From positions 1-64,000 of the IMG/VR virus record IMGVR_UViG_3300035034_002381: a stretch of 64,000 nucleotides of DNA; one strand, written 5' to 3'. Shown here one piece after another: positions 7,426-12,712 of the stretch. The DNA comes from a virus. Lineage: Duplodnaviria > Heunggongvirae > Uroviricota > Caudoviricetes. Numbering within the stretch: position 1 is the stretch's first letter; each line of letters begins with the position of its first letter. Made by a program: the position numbers and the translations under genes. The notes beneath the pieces were generated by a model. The model saw only the letters and a list, made by a program, of their open reading frames with translations, was not told the origin of the DNA and ran no database searches.

Positions 7426-7790
7426 AGACTTTTAAAGAATTTATAAACGAATCGGAATATATGGTGGTGAATGGAAAGAAAACGCCGAGATAACAGCTAG
7501 ACAATTATCTTCTGGGTTGGTTATTAGCATTGAACCTACAAAAATAAAAGTATTAGTTAGTACATCATCAGAACTAGATATCGATGTTTTAATGTCTAAC
7601 AATGATAAAATTGAATATAGAAGTTATAGACGACTCGCCGTATACAAAACCAGGATCTACACAAAGTTTTATTAGAATAAAACTGAATGGAAAAACTATA
7701 TATGAAGATAAAGGAGCTAATTATGCCGACGCACCAAGTGACGAGATTATTAGAGCTTATGAAGAGGTGTATAAAATTAGATCCAAATAG
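7422..7790 (+). pseudogene. frame-split CTS-family gene (MKTFKEFINESE...)
   Basis: the reading frame passes from frame 0 (7422-7493) to the -1 frame (open 7436 to about 7670) and back to frame 0 (7602-7790); only the first segment has a start codon. Confidence 0.35.
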
Positions 7791-7839
7791 GGAATACGTT
7801 TGCTTCTATACACAATAATTCAAAATATAAGACTTGAAA

Positions 7840-8004
7840 ATGAAAAGATTTTTTAGAGTTGCTAGTATTACATCATTAATTGTTCTGTGTCTATTCACAT
7901 TTTTAATGCACGCGTTTCCATGGGAATGGTCAACTGATATTAGATTATATTGCATATTCACAATGGTTTCTTCATCGATTGTCGCGTATTTCGTAAGCCG
8001 TTAA
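7840..8004 (+). CDS. small membrane protein
   Basis: 54-aa ORF below the track cutoff; two hydrophobic helices; followed by a strong terminator. Confidence 0.5.
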   Translation: MKRFFRVASITSLIVLCLFTFLMHAFPWEWSTDIRLYCIFTMVSSSIVAYFVSR

Positions 8005-8026
8005 TAAAATTTAACATATAGATAAC

Positions 8027-8056
8027 AGTGGGACTTTTATAGTCCCACTTTTTTTG
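8027..8056 (+). terminator. intrinsic terminator
   Basis: agtgggact-tttat-agtcccact followed by a T-run. Confidence 0.8.
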
Positions 8057-8091
8057 TTTATATTTATACTGAATTTAAAAACTCAAAATAA

Positions 8092-8265
8092 ATGTCAAGA
8101 GAAAATATGGATTATATGGGCGATGCAGTCTACGCAGAATACACGGGATGGTCAATTGATTTACGAGTCAATGATCATCGGAATCCTGTCGCTGTCGTTT
8201 TAGAAGAACTAGTCTTACAAAATTTAGTCGATTTTGCTAGACGAAAAGGTCTTAAAATCAAATAA
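8092..8265 (+). CDS. small hypothetical protein
   Basis: 57-aa ORF MSRENMDYMGDAVYAEY..., immediately upstream of 8274. Confidence 0.45.
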   Translation: MSRENMDYMGDAVYAEYTGWSIDLRVNDHRNPVAVVLEELVLQNLVDFARRKGLKIK

Positions 8266-8273
8266 ATTATGAA

Positions 8274-8636
8274 ATGAAAGTAATTTATTCTGCAGTTTTT
8301 GTTGATAAGTCTACCCTTATAAAAAAATTTAAACCGGTATTTGATAACATTCATGCTCATCACATGACTATTGAATTTAGACCAGAATCAACAGATAATC
8401 TGGATATTGACAAAAATTACAAATTGAAAATTATCGGTAGATTAATTACAGACAAAGTTGATGTTCTTCTTGTTGATGATGGAGGCATCAGTAAAAATGA
8501 ATTCCCACACATTACAATTTCTATAGCTGATGGTGTTAGGCCTTTCGAAAGTAATACCGAAATCAAAAATAATTATTCCAAAATAACTAAACTTCGTGGA
8601 GAAATAACAGGCAAAATCGGAGTTTTCACCGCATAA
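8274..8636 (+). CDS. 2H phosphoesterase superfamily protein (LigT/CPDase/Acb1-like)
   Basis: two H-x-T-x motifs (HHMTIEF and PHITISI) about 60 aa apart in a 120-aa protein. Confidence 0.6.
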   Translation: MKVIYSAVFVDKSTLIKKFKPVFDNIHAHHMTIEFRPESTDNLDIDKNYKLKIIGRLITDKVDVLLVDDGGISKNEFPHITISIADGVRPFESNTEIKNNYSKITKLRGEITGKIGVFTA

Positions 8637-8645
8637 ATCTTAACT

Positions 8646-8870
8646 ATGAAAAAGGTAACATTTCTAATTTTAATATTGTTCAACATTAATTTATGGGCAC
8701 AAGAACAACCAGATACAGTTTATGTTCTGAAAAGTTTTACAGTCAAAGGTGTGAGAGCTGATCCTAAAACACCGATCACACAAAAAACAATAGACAAGAA
8801 ATTTATTGAACGCAATTATTTTGGTCAAGAAATTCCTATTCTTTTAAATACCACACCATCAATAAATTAG
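8646..8870 (+). pseudogene. N-terminal fragment of a TonB-dependent receptor (signal peptide plus start of plug domain)
   Basis: MKKVTFLILILFNINLWAQ signal, then VKGVRADPKTPITQKTI...GQEIPILLNTTPSIN; stops after 74 aa, whereas full receptors are 700+ aa. Confidence 0.55.
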
Positions 8871-8949
8871 GTATGGAAAAATCTCAAGACTTTGAACCAA
8901 CCGAACCAGAAGAAATGTATTAAAATAATTGAAAATAACTCTTCCAGAT

Positions 8950-8982
8950 TAAAACTTTTTGATTACTTTTGTATATATACTG
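8950..8982 (+). promoter_or_regulatory. TAAAACTTT ... TATATATA promoter-like motif
   Basis: upstream of a 29-codon ORF and tRNA island 2. Confidence 0.45.
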
Positions 8983-9118
8983 TATATTTAAACAAACAAT
9001 AATGAAAACACAAATCAACATAACTACCAGTTATTCTTTAAGAAGCTTATGTACGTCGCTGAGACTATATGAGACAGGGTATCTATGTTGATCAAACATA
9101 TTTTTGATTACAAACTAA

Positions 9119-9150
9119 ACCCTGTCTATTTAATTAGACAGGGTTTTTTT
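9119..9150 (+). terminator. intrinsic terminator
   Basis: accctgtcta-tttaat-tagacagggt followed by a T7 run. Confidence 0.8.
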
Positions 9151-9154
9151 ATTT

Positions 9155-9245
9155 GGAAGATAAAGCAGCTGCATTGGAGCGGCGACTAGCCTTGAAAACT
9201 AGGTCTCGGAGAAATCTGGGTGGGGTTCGAGTCCTCTGTCTTCCT
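9155..9245 (+). tRNA. tRNA-Ser(TGA)
   Basis: acceptor ggaagat/gtcttcc, anticodon loop ctTGAaa, long variable arm, T gggg-ttcgagt-cctc. Confidence 0.75.
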
Positions 9246-9277
9246 CAAAGTTTTAGTTCATTGACATATTAATATTA

Positions 9278-9361
9278 GAGGATGCGGTAATGGTGGTTAT
9301 TACAGTATCTTGGAAAGGTACCGATCGTTTATTCGGTCAGGGTTCGACTCCCTCATCCTCT
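9278..9361 (+). tRNA. tRNA-Ser(GGA)
   Basis: acceptor gaggatg/catcctc, anticodon arm gtatc-ttGGAaa-ggtac, variable arm gatcg-tttatt-cggtc, T aggg-ttcgact-ccct; ends uncertain by 1 nt. Confidence 0.75.
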
Positions 9362-9365
9362 GCTA

Positions 9366-9488
9366 TGTTCTTCTTAGAATAACTAATTTATGTAAATGTG
9401 AGTTCGAATCTCATCAAATGCTTTTAGCATCTGTAGCCAAATGGTTAGGCAATATACTTGAAATATATAACAAACGATTAGAAGAACA
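9366..9488 (+). ncRNA. circularly permuted tRNA-like element closed by a 9-bp leader-trailer helix
   Basis: order: helix 5' strand tgttcttct, CTTAGAATAACTAATTT, T-arm gtgag-ttcgaat-ctcat, capped acceptor hairpin caaatgc-tttta-gcatctg, ta, D-arm gcc-aaatggtta-ggc, anticodon arm atata-ctTGAaa-tatat, helix 3' strand agaagaaca. Confidence 0.5.
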
Positions 9489-9492
9489 ACAT

Positions 9493-9565
9493 GCTTCCAT
9501 AGTATAAAGGTTCATTATTCCTGTTTTGTAATCAGGCGATATCGGTTCGATTCCGATTGGGAGCT
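9493..9565 (+). tRNA. tRNA-Thr(TGT)
   Basis: acceptor gcttcca/tgggagc, anticodon loop ttTGTaa (31-39 T.T), T atcgg-ttcgatt-ccgat. Confidence 0.75.
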
Positions 9566-9714
9566 CAATGAATATGATGTTTATTTAGATCCTAAAAATG
9601 ATTATCTTATTGGTATAGATAGTAAAAAAATTGAAAAGGTCGAAGAATTGTATAATGTGCGTAATAATAGACAAGGATAATTTATCTTGGAATGATATTC
9701 AAAATAAAATAAAT

Positions 9715-9795
9715 GTTTCAGTGGTGGAATGGTAGACACGTCGGTCTTAGGAACCGATGCCGAAAGGCGTGAGAGTTCGAGTCTCTCCTGGAATA
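9715..9795 (+). tRNA. tRNA-Leu(TAG), canonical class II
   Basis: acceptor gtttcag/ctggaat, D gtgg-aatggtag-acac, anticodon arm tcggt-ctTAGga-accga, variable arm tgccgaaaggcgt, T gagag-ttcgagt-ctctc. Confidence 0.8.
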
Positions 9796-9796
9796 C

Positions 9797-9876
9797 ACTC
9801 TGGTGGATTAGGTAAATTGGTACAGCTAAACGGCTTAGACCCGTATCCCTTCTGGGTTCGAATCCCAGTCAGAGTA
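9797..9876 (+). tRNA. atypical 80-nt tRNA, anticodon TAG (Leu codons), expanded D region, short variable region
   Basis: acceptor actctgg/tcagagt, D region tggattaggtaaattggtacagctaa, anticodon arm acgg-ctTAGac-ccgt, T ctggg-ttcgaat-cccag, A73. Confidence 0.55.
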
Positions 9877-9881
9877 CAAAT

Positions 9882-9961
9882 GCTCCTGTGGTTTATGTAA
9901 ATTGGCACAGCTAAGCGGCTTAAACCCGCAACCTTTATGGGTTCGAGTCCCATCAGGAGTA
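9882..9961 (+). tRNA. atypical 80-nt tRNA, anticodon TAA (Leu codons), same family
   Basis: acceptor gctcctg/caggagt, D region tggtttatgtaaattggcacagctaa, anticodon arm gcgg-ctTAAac-ccgc, T atggg-ttcgagt-cccat, A73. Confidence 0.55.
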
Positions 9962-10056
9962 CAAAAGTTTATCAACGTCTTGAGTCAAGTTGGATGATGA
10001 CAAAAAGGCTAACGGCAGAAGTGAATCCATCGCACTGTGTTACATAAACTTTATCT

Positions 10057-10129
10057 GGCCAGGATTCTCAATTGGACGGGACTCTGTCTTCTAAACAGAT
10101 GTTTGTGGGTTCGAATCCCATCTTGGTCT
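10057..10129 (+). tRNA. tRNA-Arg(TCT)
   Basis: acceptor ggccagg/cttggtc, D tctc-aattggac-ggga, anticodon arm tctgt-ctTCTaa-acaga, T gtggg-ttcgaat-cccat. Confidence 0.85.
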
Positions 10130-10135
10130 CTAAAC

Positions 10136-10209
10136 GCAGGTATACCTAAGTGGTTTAAAGGAGCGGATTGCAAACCCGTTATTCATTGGTTCGAATCCAA
10201 TTACCTGCT
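10136..10209 (+). tRNA. tRNA-Cys(GCA)
   Basis: perfect acceptor gcaggta/tacctgc, anticodon loop ttGCAaa, T attgg-ttcgaat-ccaat. Confidence 0.8.
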
Positions 10210-10214
10210 CACTT

Positions 10215-10297
10215 GGAAGGTAACTTGATGGTGATAGAGGTAGTTTGCTAAACTACTGGCCGTTTACTCGGTCGAGGTTCGATTCCTCTGCCTTCCG
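10215..10297 (+). tRNA. tRNA-Ser(GCT)
   Basis: acceptor ggaaggt/gccttcc, anticodon arm gtagt-ttGCTaa-actac, variable arm ggccg-tttact-cggtc, discriminator G. Confidence 0.8.
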
Positions 10298-10301
10298 CTA
10301 T

Positions 10302-10379
10302 GCTCCTGTGGATTATGTAAAAGCACAGCTAACACCTTGAGGAGGTGATCCTTTGTGGGTTCGAGTCCCGCCAGGAGTA
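10302..10379 (+). tRNA. atypical 78-nt tRNA, anticodon GAG (Leu codons), same family
   Basis: acceptor gctcctg/caggagt, D region tggattatgtaaaagcacagctaa, anticodon arm cacc-ttGAGga-ggtg, T gtggg-ttcgagt-cccgc, A73. Confidence 0.55.
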
Positions 10380-10382
10380 CAA

Positions 10383-10476
10383 AGAAGCAAAGAGTTAGTT
10401 AGGTTAGACTGGCTTGTTATGTGGTGAAATTGGTAAACGCGAGCGCTTTGGTGCTTAGTAACCTTAACACTTCTTA
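10383..10476 (+). ncRNA. tRNA-derived fragment (Leu-type D-arm, no T-arm) flanked by 6-bp complementary ends
   Basis: aagaag/cttctt ends; internal gtggtgaaattggtaaacgc resembles the Leu D-arms at 9715 and 10788. Confidence 0.3.
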
Positions 10477-10479
10477 TTT

Positions 10480-10553
10480 GCTGAGTTAGTATAGTCGGTT
10501 TATTACGATACCCTGGTACGGTATTAACACCAGTTCGATTCTGGTACTCAGCT
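10480..10553 (+). tRNA. tRNA-Thr(GGT)
   Basis: perfect acceptor gctgagt/actcagc, anticodon arm atacc-ctGGTac-ggtat, T accag-ttcgatt-ctggt. Confidence 0.8.
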
Positions 10554-10565
10554 CATGAAAAATAT

Positions 10566-10645
10566 GCCTCTGTGGATTATGTAAATTGGCACAGCTAACG
10601 GTTTCAAACTCCGATCTTTTATGGGTTCGAATCCCATCAGAGGCA
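10566..10645 (+). tRNA. atypical 80-nt tRNA, anticodon CAA (Leu codons), same family
   Basis: acceptor gcctctg/cagaggc, D region tggattatgtaaattggcacagctaa, anticodon arm cgg(t)-ttCAAac-(t)ccg, T atggg-ttcgaat-cccat, A73. Confidence 0.5.
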
Positions 10646-10661
10646 CAAGTAGGAGAAATTT

Positions 10662-10746
10662 AGTCCAGTGGCGAAACAGGTATACGCACAAGATTTAAGC
10701 TCTTGCTTCCATTGAGGAATTGCGGGTTCGATTCCCGCCTGGATTA
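10662..10746 (+). tRNA. tRNA-Leu(TAA), canonical class II
   Basis: acceptor agtccag/ctggatt, D gcga-aacaggtata-cgc, anticodon arm caaga-ttTAAgc-tcttg, long variable arm, T gcggg-ttcgatt-cccgc. Confidence 0.8.
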
Positions 10747-10749
10747 CTA

Positions 10750-10781
10750 AGTTAGTACGGGTTCGATCCCCGTCTTGGCTA
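10750..10781 (+). ncRNA. second tRNA-like minihelix (acceptor-like stem plus T-arm)
   Basis: agttag/ttggct (wobble-rich) enclosing acggg-ttcgatc-cccgt; no D or anticodon arm. Confidence 0.35.
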
Positions 10782-10787
10782 CTAAAT

Positions 10788-10899
10788 TTGACCGTGGTGA
10801 AATTGGTAAACACACCCTTAAATCAGGGAGTATGAGAATATGTACTTGAAGCTGACGCAGAACATCATACATATGTAGGTTCGAATCCTATCGGTCGAA
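10788..10899 (+). ncRNA. 112-nt tRNA-like RNA (Leu-type D-arm) with a roughly 46-nt extra arm
   Basis: acceptor ttgaccg/cggtcga, D gtg-aaattggtaaa-cac, weak anticodon-position hairpin ccct-taaatc-aggg, extra hairpin atatgta...tacatat, T gtagg-ttcgaat-cctat. Confidence 0.45.
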
Positions 10900-10904
10900 C
10901 AAAT

Positions 10905-10978
<74 letters not shown>

Positions 10979-10983
10979 CTATC

Positions 10984-11013
10984 TAAAACTTTATTCAATT
11001 TCCATAATATAAT
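10984..11013 (+). promoter_or_regulatory. TAAAACTTT ... TAATATAAT promoter-like motif
   Basis: immediately after the last tRNA, upstream of the ATG at 11035. Confidence 0.5.
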
Positions 11014-11034
11014 GTGTAACTAAACTTTATAGAA

Positions 11035-11205
11035 ATGGAAAAAATACTAATGTCTGAAATTTTGACTTATGACAACTTCGACGACGGTTTACCTGAAGAA
11101 TATGAATTTGTCGATTCTGAACAAACATATTTTGATGGTGAAAAAGGCTTTGTTAATATCGAAGCTATTATCAGAAGAGAATCAGACTCACAATTTTTAA
11201 AGTAA
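11035..11205 (+). CDS. small acidic protein; possible -1 frameshift extension to 11333
   Basis: 56-aa ORF ending caa ttt tta aag taa; T_TTA_AAG heptamer at 11196-11202; the -1 frame stays open for 43 further codons. Confidence 0.45.
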   Translation: MEKILMSEILTYDNFDDGLPEEYEFVDSEQTYFDGEKGFVNIEAIIRRESDSQFLK

Positions 11206-11260
11206 AATACACCGATTATGGAAAAGGTGAAAATGATCTTATGGAAAGTGTGGGCGAACC

Positions 11261-11326
11261 TGTAACTCAAAAATCCAAAACAATTTTCTACTATGTAACT
11301 CAAAAATCCAAAACAATTTTCTACTA
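11261..11326. repeat. perfect 33-bp tandem duplication
   Basis: tgtaactcaaaaatccaaaacaattttctacta occurs twice (11261-11293 and 11294-11326); encodes VTQKSKTIFYY twice in the -1 frame. Confidence 0.95.
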
Positions 11327-11598
11327 TGAATAGTATGACCTTTTTATTAGGCATTACGTATGTTATCGGATACTTTTTAAGTATCATAATCCTAAAAAGA
11401 TTTCACCATATTTTGGATATTCCAGATTATAATTCATATCCAAAATATAATGAATATTCAAGCAATGCACAAGCATACACAATGTGGTCAATTGTATGGC
11501 CGTTATTTTGGGTCTTAAAAATCATAGTTCTTCTTTTCGAAAAACTTATTAATTTAACTAAATATATACTAAATGGAAACTCAAGCTCAAGAAAGTAA
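11326..11598 (+). CDS. small membrane protein
   Basis: 90-aa ORF with two or three hydrophobic segments. Confidence 0.6.
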   Translation: MNSMTFLLGITYVIGYFLSIIILKRFHHILDIPDYNSYPKYNEYSSNAQAYTMWSIVWPLFWVLKIIVLLFEKLINLTKYILNGNSSSRK

Positions 11599-12508
11599 TA
11601 GAATAATCAAAGAAATTCATTCTTCTTTTTATTCAATGGATCAAGAAACTGATACATATCTTCAACGCCAAATTCAAGCTGCGTATGACGAATCTATCAA
11701 AGGCTCTTTAGAGAAGACTATCAAAAAATATGGTTTTAATAATGCCAAAAACTCTGACATTTTTGATAAAGCATTACTTGAAAGTCGGGAAGAATTAAAT
11801 GATGTCTTAAACGAATGTTCAGTGACATATCCAGGTAAAAAGTTTATTACTGATGAACAAATAGCACAGCTTTGTATCAAATATAATTTATTACTAACAA
11901 CACCAGATAGATTTATTGGTGAAATACCAGAACGTAATATCCAAGAGTTGAACGACTTTAATCCAAAAGGTAGCGAAAAAAAGGCGTTTTTTGATCCCAA
12001 AGTTTTTTATAAATTATATAACTTTATAAGAGAATATGAAGAGAAGCATTATTATATGAATAAAAATCTAAAAAAATCTATTGCAATGATTTATCGATCA
12101 TTTATGAATCATAGTAACATGGATTCAATACTTTTTCCAGATAATAATAAATATATTGTTCATGGTGTCAATGAAGATAAATCAATCACCACAACTGAAT
12201 TAGGTATTCAAACAGCAAAGAAAATATCTGAAGAATTATCTAAGAAAGAAAGAAATTCTGTACCTATTTTACCGTTGTTTTCACAAACTATGATAGCAGC
12301 GACATCTGATTTACTTGATATTCCTAAACTAGGATTGATCAAGAATAAAAGAAATGAACTTGTTTTAGGTCTTAATTCAAAACAATTTAAAGAAAATTTT
12401 CTACCTGATCCAATTGTACTACATAAAGTAAAACGTGGTGCTATTATTATAACTGCTTGGGGCTTGGAATCTCAAGATGAACTAGTATTCAATCCTATTA
12501 TTAATTGA
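11573..12508 (+). CDS. hypothetical protein
   Basis: 311-aa ORF; no motif recognised. Confidence 0.75.
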   Translation: METQAQESNRIIKEIHSSFYSMDQETDTYLQRQIQAAYDESIKGSLEKTIKKYGFNNAKNSDIFDKALLESREELNDVLNECSVTYPGKKFITDEQIAQLCIKYNLLLTTPDRFIGEIPERNIQELNDFNPKGSEKKAFFDPKVFYKLYNFIREYEEKHYYMNKNLKKSIAMIYRSFMNHSNMDSILFPDNNKYIVHGVNEDKSITTTELGIQTAKKISEELSKKERNSVPILPLFSQTMIAATSDLLDIPKLGLIKNKRNELVLGLNSKQFKENFLPDPIVLHKVKRGAIIITAWGLESQDELVFNPIIN

Positions 12509-12512
12509 TAAT

Positions 12513-12695
12513 ATGGAATATACGTGTATAAAGGTAGTAACTATTACAGAAGGTAATTTACCCCCTAGGATAGTAGTTGAATTGAAATCTGGAAATATTA
12601 AAATCGAAATAGAAATAAATGAAGACTTTGAAAAGGTCCCTGAAGATCTATTGAAACTTAAACCGGGCGAAACGTATTCGCTTTTAATAAATTAA
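12513..12695 (+). CDS. small hypothetical protein
   Basis: 60-aa ORF, tight spacing with its neighbours. Confidence 0.55.
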   Translation: MEYTCIKVVTITEGNLPPRIVVELKSGNIKIEIEINEDFEKVPEDLLKLKPGETYSLLIN

Positions 12696-12712
12696 TAAAA
12701 ACAAAACCCCTT

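Noticed and set aside
9962-10056. Decayed copy of the atypical Leu-family tRNA
   Set aside because: It shares ggctaacggc with the family D/anticodon junction, but there is no T-arm or acceptor pairing, so it is not reportable as a gene.
9310-10228. Track ORFs 9310-9507, 9747-9953(-) and 10037-10228
   Set aside because: Same reason: they lie over tRNA and tRNA-like genes of island 2.
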